DNA of 25,005 nucleotides. Origin: Elusimicrobiota bacterium. Lineage in GTDB: Bacteria > Elusimicrobiota > Elusimicrobia > UBA1565. A model generated the notes under the pieces. That model did no database searches and was not told the DNA's origin. It saw nothing but the letters and a program-made list of their open reading frames with translations. The translations under genes and the position numbers were made by a program. This document shows, one piece after another, positions 18,401 through 24,979 of the stretch. Position 1 is the stretch's first letter; every line of letters starts with the position of its first letter. The stretch covers positions 1 to 25,005 of the forward strand of contig JBFIEP010000001.1 in assembly GCA_041603335.1 (NCBI GenBank), given 5' to 3'.

Positions 18401-19167
18401 ATATCGCACTCGGCGCGCTGACGCTCGGTCCGCTGCAAAGCTTCGGGATTCCCCGCTTCACCGAAGCCGTGACGGGACTGCCGATGTCTTCGCCTGAATC
18501 CTCGCTTCTCTTCGGCCAATACCTGGGAGCCATGTTTTTTGGAAGCCTGATCGCTAACGCGGCCCAGGTGCGGCTTCCCGAAATTCACGTCCCTTTGTTC
18601 GGCCGCATCGGAGGCCACCGCTTTGTACAAGGACTCGTTGCGGCACTCGCACCCATCTGGGTATACACCAGCCTCATTCCGGGAAGCGTTGTCGCTTCCG
18701 GCGCGGCACTCATTTTAGTCAGCGCACTTATGGCCATGGCCGCAAAACTCACAAACCGGGCGTGGATAAAAATTCTTGGACTCGGAATGGCGGGAATCTG
18801 GCTTCCCTATCTTGCCTGGGGCTCAGCCTTCCTATCACCCGGATTAGCGATGTTCCTGTCCGTGCTGCTCGCGGGGATGGTCTACGGCCCTGCGTTTGTT
18901 TCACTTAAAACGATTTTCGAGGGGAGTCTCCAAAAGAGTCTGCTTGGAAAAATGATCGGTGTTCAAGGCTCCTTGTTGAGTACGGCACGGGCCATCTCCA
19001 TTGGCGGAGCGGCAGCGATCTATGGGGCGCTAAACCCGGCATTTCCGACATTTTTGGGGGTGCTGGGAGGGTTCTACCTCTTAATTGGAATCGCCTTCTG
19101 GATTGCGCCGCGCTTCTTCCCCGCCTTACCCAAGACCCACCTCCGGCCAAACGACCGCCGCCGCTAA
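15490..19167 (+). CDS. P4: 1225-aa leader-bearing fusion of HEAT-like repeats, a HAD-IIB (Cof-type) phosphatase and an expanded (~16 TM) MFS permease with coiled-coil inserts
   Basis: Perfect AGGAGGT SD 5 nt before ATG 15490 (track start 15436 is too long). HAD motifs D282YD284RT, ILTDR, VDKS and VIGD520S...SD532. MFS motif-A-like GWIVDKLSARN. HEAT-like RKAAIRVIAKV..EEAREAL. Confidence 0.9.
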   Translation: MYINSRIAVGATRMISGLLVIAIWISSIGPAAAQAAGPVIGKTAAGAIKAPATLVIPSIAAPILGNTASNSIVPGLESGVLPTLTPTILATPEKAASVSVQKSPIAESIASAETKAEEEKPAKTVREQVVKVAQQLTQTKGSSAQAKVLNTLYLGGLNAADESNNGVDASGGTPSKNVRLRKQALAELVIAATQPKSTLKSRKAAIRVIAKVQTEEAREALELVADANPEGNAQDYEIHREALKALDAKFGLHKSLRPISESHKNEILAQLAADKPEMVLTDYDRTLAETKVEISPEMAEAVASVPNAGVEIAILTDRPAQPRFEGDITIFQSLESMTPAQKSKLTVLSDIGSKTSLFNKNGSPQLIGEVRTELTAQQREVLGKASKALQERFGDQDFLGNTEVYEADSYERFLPKSLSDAEIAEAGLLVETILKADGVLDAHIVSRRPLGKGDVPYVRVNIVDKSASAARIRKDVRFLERARDVIRFGGGTRALKFAKKIFSRFPRRPVTARKTVVIGDSFMPEVVAPGSDALMAKGAPEALSFAVAGVASPRVNNVFVWPTMGETASLEILGAIGTKAVSDVDKKGVAGLFAQRTIAITTFILTTIAFTAIAVPAIGWVGYGTVMAVGALAPIAVGPLNGWIVDKLSARNSMMMNQTARVLLDFLPPALVLLGMVNTPMLIVAAIANFWVLSSVMTTEGAYIKRLAGKKYVGPINSLLWMNYLVVQVVLALILGFGAVVGIVGPINAYFIAAAINAFIIMPIVWVTMPNAKPIPKTLLGIESEMQGLKDGPRLKNLEKALNERESALNKEVDQFELALADLENNKSPDVETELRVTREDLAAMRAELARTPAPSFTLAQRKTNLKIKIAAGLKQYGIGFGLLGASVLSYIFLWASPVPIAIALGYLVLRTDGAKLLWSGRGRDISKQESQLVETIRALEAEGKTDSKELKEAKSELTRWKKSPRIAMLYIALGALTLGPLQSFGIPRFTEAVTGLPMSSPESSLLFGQYLGAMFFGSLIANAAQVRLPEIHVPLFGRIGGHRFVQGLVAALAPIWVYTSLIPGSVVASGAALILVSALMAMAAKLTNRAWIKILGLGMAGIWLPYLAWGSAFLSPGLAMFLSVLLAGMVYGPAFVSLKTIFEGSLQKSLLGKMIGVQGSLLSTARAISIGGAAAIYGALNPAFPTFLGVLGGFYLLIGIAFWIAPRFFPALPKTHLRPNDRRR

Positions 19168-19215
19168 ACAACTTTTAAAAAACGGTTTTCCACAATTTGA
19201 TACGATGGTGGCTTC

Positions 19216-19593
19216 ATGGCTTTAATTCTCATCGCGGAAGACGATCCCGATATCGCCGGCATGCTGCAGGATATTCTTCAGTCCAAAGGACATCAGGTCG
19301 CAATTTCGGTTGACGGTGTCGAAATGATCGAACGCGCCAAATCGATTCAACCCAAGATCATTGTCTCGGATGTCATGATGCCCGGAGCCTACGGATCTTC
19401 TGCCTATAAATCCCTACAGGATGATGAATTTACCAAAGGAATTCCTATTCTTTTTCTTACCGCCATTACCCCGGAGCAGGCGGCCAAGGTGATTCCCCGC
19501 GCCGACGATATTCGCGTTCTTCACAAACCCCTCGACTTACCGGCATTTTTGACCACCGTTGACGAACTGCTTGCTCTAGCAGACTCCAAGTAA
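19216..19593 (+). CDS. Single-domain (CheY-like) response regulator
   Basis: ILIAEDD, VSDVMMP (phosphoacceptor Asp), FLTA and LHKP; no output domain. TGaTACGAT extended -10 at 19198-19206. Confidence 0.93.
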   Translation: MALILIAEDDPDIAGMLQDILQSKGHQVAISVDGVEMIERAKSIQPKIIVSDVMMPGAYGSSAYKSLQDDEFTKGIPILFLTAITPEQAAKVIPRADDIRVLHKPLDLPAFLTTVDELLALADSK

Positions 19594-19604
19594 CCAAGAT
19601 TGCA

Positions 19605-19633
19605 TTGACAAGGCACGCGGTCCCCGCTACACT
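19605..19633 (+). promoter_or_regulatory. Sigma70-type promoter TTGACA-N17-TACACT
   Basis: Consensus -35 at 19605-19610, exact 17-nt spacer, -10 at 19628-19633; 63 nt upstream of ATG 19697. Confidence 0.8.
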
Positions 19634-19696
19634 AGCCAAGCACCCCGCCGAGTAGGCGCCCGCTGGATTGGGCGTTTTCGAAACTGTTTGACATCT

Positions 19697-21184
19697 ATGA
19701 TTCGCAACCTTATCGCCTCTGGGCGCTGCCTTTCGGCCGCCTTTGCGGTCGCGTTTTGTCTAGCCGCGTCGGCTCGTCCGGCGGCGGCCGCTCCTACGTT
19801 TACTAATTTACATGAGGTTTCTATTACGACTCATGTCGCCCAGTCGATTACGCCGATTATTACCGGCGGCTACCGTATGTATCTAACAAGCGGCTCGTAT
19901 CAAATTGTCTCGGCATCATCGACTGATCTCGTGAACTGGACGCTCGAATCGGGAATTCGACTAACAACATCTCCAGCGAGTGTAGACACGTCTTCAATCA
20001 CGGCGGTGTCTGTTCACATGTCTACGAGTTCCGACTTCTACCGTATGTACTATGTTGGAATCAGTTCCGTCAGTAAATACAGCATCCTCAGCGCGACCTC
20101 GACCGACGGTCTAACATTCGGCAAAGAGTCCGCTTTCAAACTGCAAATCGCAACCGGCGCGGCGCATATCGGACAACTTCACGCTTTTGATGCGAGTCCA
20201 ACGGAGTTGGCCCTCTTCCATGTCGCCGAAAACAATAACGGAAACAATCCCGCCAACTATCGCGTTTTTGTGTCGACCTCTAATGACGGGGGGCTAACCT
20301 TTTCAACCTCCGCATTAGCTCTGGGAAATCAAGCTCTCGGGGTTTCGGTCTCGACGCTCACCGATGGAAAAACCCGGATGTATTACACCCAGCCGCTTTC
20401 GGGGAATGCAACCGGGGCTCAAGTGTTGTCCGCTATTTCAAGCAATGGATTGTCGTTCACGGCCGAAACAGGGGTCCGTCTATCAACGACCGCCACCACA
20501 AACATCGGCCCTCCTATTGTTTACCGAAGTACCAATGGTTTTCAGTGGAACCTCTACTCTAGCTTCACGCAGGACGGCTCCTCCATTGCTCAAGTATCTA
20601 GATCACTTGCCAAGACTCCCGTCATCAATTCTTTTTCACCCAGCCAGGCCAATAAAGGCCAAATCGGAGTTGCATACACAATTACCGGAGAGATTTTTGA
20701 CACCACGGCAAACCCCACGCTGACCTTCACCCAATCGGGATCCAGCTTCTCCTTCTTCACCATCGCGACCATTACTGATCTCCAAATTGACGGAACCTTT
20801 GATATGAACGGGATTGAAACGGGATTCGTCAATCTGTTTGTCACCAATTCCGACGGAGGCCAAGGCTCCGCGACCAGCGTGATGGAGGTAAAACTCCCTC
20901 CAGGGTCGGTCACCATTGTTGACAACCTTTTCCGCCCCTTAAAAGGGGGCAGTGCAGCCATTGAAATTCAAGTTTCCGAAGCCGGAGACATCGTCGCGCG
21001 CCTCTACTCCGTATCGGGAACGCATGTGGCCACACTCATGGACGGCCCGGCGCCCGAGGGTGCCACCAATCTTACCTGGAACGGCCGCAATGCTTCCGGG
21101 GCGGTTGTCGCGAGCGGGGTCTACCTTCTTTTTGTTTCCGGTCCCGGGCTTAATACCGTTCAGAAAATGGTCATCATTAAATGA
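19697..21184 (+). CDS. Exported five-bladed beta-propeller (glycosidase-fold-like) protein with an Ig/TIG-like domain and a C-terminal FlgD-Ig / T9SS-like sorting domain
   Basis: Signal peptide ending PAAAA. Five repeats of the type YRMYY...SATSTDGLTF..E. PVINSFSP starts an IPT/TIG-like domain. The CTD reads LYSVSG..VATL.DG...G...LTWNGRNASG..VASGVYL...QKMVIIK. ATG 19697 is preferred over TTG 19688. Confidence 0.82.
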   Translation: MIRNLIASGRCLSAAFAVAFCLAASARPAAAAPTFTNLHEVSITTHVAQSITPIITGGYRMYLTSGSYQIVSASSTDLVNWTLESGIRLTTSPASVDTSSITAVSVHMSTSSDFYRMYYVGISSVSKYSILSATSTDGLTFGKESAFKLQIATGAAHIGQLHAFDASPTELALFHVAENNNGNNPANYRVFVSTSNDGGLTFSTSALALGNQALGVSVSTLTDGKTRMYYTQPLSGNATGAQVLSAISSNGLSFTAETGVRLSTTATTNIGPPIVYRSTNGFQWNLYSSFTQDGSSIAQVSRSLAKTPVINSFSPSQANKGQIGVAYTITGEIFDTTANPTLTFTQSGSSFSFFTIATITDLQIDGTFDMNGIETGFVNLFVTNSDGGQGSATSVMEVKLPPGSVTIVDNLFRPLKGGSAAIEIQVSEAGDIVARLYSVSGTHVATLMDGPAPEGATNLTWNGRNASGAVVASGVYLLFVSGPGLNTVQKMVIIK

Positions 21185-22140
21185 GGTCTTTATTCATCCT
21201 CTTGCTGGCACTCACTGCGGCCACCCCCGCTGCAGCTTCGGGGGGGCGCACCTCGGCTATTTTTCTTCAACGGACGCTCGGATCTAAGGCCGCCGCGCTA
21301 GGATCTTCCTTTGTTGCGGTTAAACATAGCGCCGAATCAATCCAATATAACCCTGCCGCCTTGACCACGGTCCACGGCCGTACGCTAAATACAACCTACG
21401 TCAATGCATTTGGGAACACGAATTACGGCTTTGTCGGATACGTTCAGCCCCTCCCGTTGGGAAAGCTTGCTGTCAGCGGGGTCTACTTTAACGCCGGTCC
21501 CCTCGAGCTTAACTTGTCTAATGGCGGAAAGGGAACGGTCGTCGCCGAAGAGGATCTTGCGGCAGCCGTTTCCTACGCCATCCCCCTGCCGTTGGGATTT
21601 AGCATAGGAGCGACCTACCGGCACGTACGCCTCGAACTCGCCGAGGCCGCTACCGCAACGACAAACCAAATGGATTTTGGAAGCCATTGGAAAACACCGA
21701 TTCCCGGGGTCAGCATCGGCGCCTCTCTTCAATACATCGGACCCGATATTGTTTTCGAGGAGGCAGGCGATCCTCCCCCGCGGACATTCCGCTACGGAAT
21801 CGCGGGCCGGTTTCCGGATGTCGACATCAGAAAACTAGATCCGGGAGTTGATGTCCAGGCCTTTGATGTTTTAGCCACCGTTGACATCGTTGAGACCCTG
21901 CACGAAATTCCATCCCCCCGTGCCGGACTGGAAATGGGAATCACACCCCATTCCATGAAACGTGTTGCCGTCCGCTTGGGCTGGGTGGCGGGACGATCCG
22001 CCGAGGGGATGACATTCGGTTTCGGCTATATGGGGGAAAAGGTGGGCGTCGACTACGCCTTTGGAAGTTCCCAAGACCTTGGGAATCTTCAGAACCTAAC
22101 CTTCACGTATTACTTCGATAAACCCGGATCGAAGATCTAA
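21181..22140 (+). CDS. PorV-like (UPF0164-type) outer-membrane beta-barrel protein
   Basis: Signal peptide; hallmark N-terminal GSKAAALGSSFVAV...ESIQYNPAAL; alternating beta-strand pattern; aromatic residues near the C-terminus (FTYYF); ATGA overlap with the upstream CTD gene. Confidence 0.82.
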   Translation: MRSLFILLLALTAATPAAASGGRTSAIFLQRTLGSKAAALGSSFVAVKHSAESIQYNPAALTTVHGRTLNTTYVNAFGNTNYGFVGYVQPLPLGKLAVSGVYFNAGPLELNLSNGGKGTVVAEEDLAAAVSYAIPLPLGFSIGATYRHVRLELAEAATATTNQMDFGSHWKTPIPGVSIGASLQYIGPDIVFEEAGDPPPRTFRYGIAGRFPDVDIRKLDPGVDVQAFDVLATVDIVETLHEIPSPRAGLEMGITPHSMKRVAVRLGWVAGRSAEGMTFGFGYMGEKVGVDYAFGSSQDLGNLQNLTFTYYFDKPGSKI

Positions 22141-22141
22141 A

Positions 22142-22759
22142 TTACAAAACGCCGGCGCGCTTGAGATCCATTTCCAGCACCTCTGCTGTGGTAAATCGAA
22201 CCGCGTTCCATCCGAGTTTTTTTGCCGCCGCGACATTTTTAGAAAGATCGTCAATAAATAAACAAGCCTTGGGTTTCACATCCGCCATTTTCGGTCCCGT
22301 GCGGTAAATCTCCGATTCCGGCTTGCGGGATTTGACCTGATAGGAAAGCACCGCGCCCGAAACCTTTTTAGGAAACGCGTAACGGCGCTTGATCGAAGCG
22401 TAGTGAAGCCGATTTGTGTTGGAAAGCAGATAGGTCGGCACCCGCCTGGACACGCGTTCCAATAGCCGTATCGATGGGCGCATAAGACGGAAGTGACCGC
22501 ACCAGATTTTTTCAAAATTGGAAAACCCGCCCTCGAATTCCATTTCATCGCGCAGCGTCTTATAGAGTTCGCGCGGCAATATATTGCCTCGCTCGATTCT
22601 ATCGATAAGCTTGCCGTTCCAAAACAAGCGGGCGATTTTTAACGGGTGGCGGCGCGCGGCCCAGGCCAAATCACGCAGAACAAGCCCTCCGTCGAATTCG
22701 ACGAGAACATTTCCGATATCGAAGAACACCGCCTCGATCTTTGAAGTCTTGCTGGCCAT
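22142..22759 (-). CDS. HAD-IA family phosphatase (YihX-like)
   Basis: Motifs VFFDIGNVL, LLSNT, SRKP and FIDDL..NV..A..LGW. Confidence 0.9.
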   Translation of the reverse strand: MASKTSKIEAVFFDIGNVLVEFDGGLVLRDLAWAARRHPLKIARLFWNGKLIDRIERGNILPRELYKTLRDEMEFEGGFSNFEKIWCGHFRLMRPSIRLLERVSRRVPTYLLSNTNRLHYASIKRRYAFPKKVSGAVLSYQVKSRKPESEIYRTGPKMADVKPKACLFIDDLSKNVAAAKKLGWNAVRFTTAEVLEMDLKRAGVL

Positions 22760-22778
22760 TCGTTATTGAGTTACAGTA
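22749..22778. promoter_or_regulatory. Candidate bidirectional promoter: TTGCTG-N17-TACAGT on plus, overlapping TACTGT -10 on minus
   Basis: The plus-strand -10 (22772-22777) ends 6 nt before ATG 22784. The minus-strand -10 (22778-22773) lies 13 nt before ATG 22759. Only 24 nt separate the two ATGs. Confidence 0.5.
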
Positions 22779-22783
22779 GCTTT

Positions 22784-23449
22784 ATGAAGCCCGAAGAAAT
22801 AGATGAAGCACTTCAACTCCTGGCCCCAATCGTCAGCCACGAACTTCGCAATCCGATGGCCGTGATTAAGAACTCGTCATATTTTATCAAGACCAAGCTC
22901 GGGAACCTAGACGTTAAAGATGAAAAAATCGCCCGGCACCTCAGTATTATCGATGTTGAACTGGTAAATGCCAACAATTGCCTCGAAGAAATACTCCTCT
23001 ACGCGCGGATGCCCGAAGCCAAGGTCTCTCCCCAGAACCTCAACGACCTCATCAAGGCGGCGCGCCTGGCCGTAGAGCTTCCAGACGGTGTCCTCATAGA
23101 ATCAGAACCTGCCGGCGAGGAAACCAAGGTCGAAGCAGACCCTGAACTTGCCGCCCGAGCCATCATGCACGTCATTCGCAATGCCGTCCAAGCGGCCTCT
23201 GCCGATGAAGATGCTGATGTCGCTGTTTCCGCCGACGACGACGGCACCGTTTTAGTTGTTGATTCCGCCAAGGGCGGAATCCCCGAAAAGGCCCTGCCGC
23301 GTCTCTTTGAACCCTTCAACACGACCAAGCCCAAGGGCATAGGGCTCGGACTCGCCTACGCCACCAAGGCGCTCGGGCGCATGGGCGCGACCCTAATACA
23401 CAAACCCGGGGATGAAACCGTGTTTGAAATTAAGTTTAAGAAGGCTTAA
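22784..23449 (+). CDS. Sensorless histidine kinase (HisKA + HATPase_c only)
   Basis: H-box SHELRNP, N-box IRNAVQA, atypical G1 DSAKGGIP, F/G2 LFEPFNTTKPKGIGLGL; no TM or sensor domain. ATG 22784 is preferred over TTG 22766. Confidence 0.88.
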   Translation: MKPEEIDEALQLLAPIVSHELRNPMAVIKNSSYFIKTKLGNLDVKDEKIARHLSIIDVELVNANNCLEEILLYARMPEAKVSPQNLNDLIKAARLAVELPDGVLIESEPAGEETKVEADPELAARAIMHVIRNAVQAASADEDADVAVSADDDGTVLVVDSAKGGIPEKALPRLFEPFNTTKPKGIGLGLAYATKALGRMGATLIHKPGDETVFEIKFKKA

Positions 23450-24903
23450 AGAAGCCAGCGCAGTAAACGGGCGGCCGCCCGCTGCAATCCCGAGAGGGGT
23501 TTATTCGCCAATTCCTTCATTGTCTCGAGCGTGAGCAGGAAAGCATTCTTGTAATGCTCAAGGGAGAACTCGGCGATGGTATCGTTTTCAGAATGAATGA
23601 TGTCCCAGATGACTTCGTTTGAAGCCCCCATCACGGTCATGCCTGGGATTCCGTACCGGCGAAACGTCGAAGAATCGCTGTCGCCGCCGCGCAGAACCAT
23701 TTCCTGAAGTGCGTACCCGGTACGCACAGCAACGCTTTTTATCAAAGAAAGCAGCGAACGATCCGAATTGTTTTTCCAAGAGAATGTGCCGTCGACCGCG
23801 AGCGTGTCGAGATTTATCATCGCATCGATACGACTGCGTTCCGCCCGGTCCATGTTCCTTAGAAAGGCTTTCGATCCGAGCAATCCTTCTTCCTCACGGG
23901 CAAACCCGATGAAGACGATCGTGGCATCGGTCGCAAGATCATGCATGGCCTGATAGAGGTTGGCGACCATCGTCGCCCCCGTCCAATTGTCGATGGTTCC
24001 CGCGCCGCGGTGGACCTTGTCATGGTGACCGCCGACGACAATGACGCGATCGCTCTTTCCCGGCTTCACGACATAAATGTTATTGCGGCCGCGGCCGACA
24101 TCCTGTAAATGGATCTGATCACGGGACGCTCCGGCACGTTCGAAAAGCTCTACGAGAACCCGCTCTCGTTCGGGGTTGGTCAGGGGAGAGAGCGCGACGG
24201 AATCATGCAATTGATCATCGGTCGGCACGCCCAAAACGCCCAAGCGCGGACGTCCCGCTGAAAATCGGCGCTTGGCAAAGGAGACGAAGGATTCCGGCGA
24301 CTCGTGGGTGCTGGCGGCAGAGGCCGAGGGACCGCCGTCAAATAACGCGGCAAGACGGTCTTTAAAATTATTGCCCTCGGCGAAATCGCGGCTCAGGGCT
24401 TCAAAGAGGGGTCTGCCTTCGGCGTCGGGGCCCAAGGCCTCAATCTTTTTTGCGACACGAATTCCCTCGGGACCACCGCGTTCCCGCAACGTACGAACAA
24501 GGCGATCACGCTTTTCTCTATCACCTAAAGCCTCACCGACAATCCTTGCCGCATCAGGACGGCTCGCCAGTGCGGGAGACGCTGCCGGATTTCCCATCGG
24601 AGTCAAAGCGGGGAGGGTCTCGCGGGAGAGATATTCGACGGCTGCCGATTCTCCGGTGGGGAATAACCCTTCAGCTGGCAGTTGAATTAAATCTATATCG
24701 GGAAGTACGGTCCCGAGCCGAAGAGAAAGATGGTCCACCTGAAAGCCAATCGCTCGAACCGCTCCTGCGGCTACCCCGATAGAAGCTGGTGCAAAGGCAG
24801 GGGGCGTCATCGCCTTTCCCGGACCACGGAATGCAGTTGGTGCCGCTAGACCCGGGACAGAGAGTGTTAATGATAAGACGATTGAAAGGGCAGCTTTCCT
24901 CAT
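23446..24903 (-). CDS. Exported M28 family zinc peptidase with a ~200-aa low-complexity leader
   Basis: Zn-ligand motifs GGHHD, GTIDNWTG, REEEGLLGS, INLD and IHSENDT. Start reassigned to ATG 24903 (MRKAALSIVLSLTLSVPGLAA signal peptide). The leader contains LPALTP and LAALFDG. Confidence 0.9.
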   Translation of the reverse strand: MRKAALSIVLSLTLSVPGLAAPTAFRGPGKAMTPPAFAPASIGVAAGAVRAIGFQVDHLSLRLGTVLPDIDLIQLPAEGLFPTGESAAVEYLSRETLPALTPMGNPAASPALASRPDAARIVGEALGDREKRDRLVRTLRERGGPEGIRVAKKIEALGPDAEGRPLFEALSRDFAEGNNFKDRLAALFDGGPSASAASTHESPESFVSFAKRRFSAGRPRLGVLGVPTDDQLHDSVALSPLTNPERERVLVELFERAGASRDQIHLQDVGRGRNNIYVVKPGKSDRVIVVGGHHDKVHRGAGTIDNWTGATMVANLYQAMHDLATDATIVFIGFAREEEGLLGSKAFLRNMDRAERSRIDAMINLDTLAVDGTFSWKNNSDRSLLSLIKSVAVRTGYALQEMVLRGGDSDSSTFRRYGIPGMTVMGASNEVIWDIIHSENDTIAEFSLEHYKNAFLLTLETMKELANKPLSGLQRAAARLLRWLL

Positions 24904-24963
24904 AGTAATCCCACAATACAAAGCTGTCGGAAGTGCTCTATGAGCAGAAAGTCCCAAATCTCT

Positions 24964-24979
24964 CAAGGCATAGGTCCCA
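24964..24979. promoter_or_regulatory. Candidate operator CAAGGCATAGGTCCCA upstream of the M28 gene
   Basis: 12/16 identical to 15382-15397; 60 nt upstream of ATG 24903; an additional GTCCCA half-site at 24951-24956. Confidence 0.45.
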
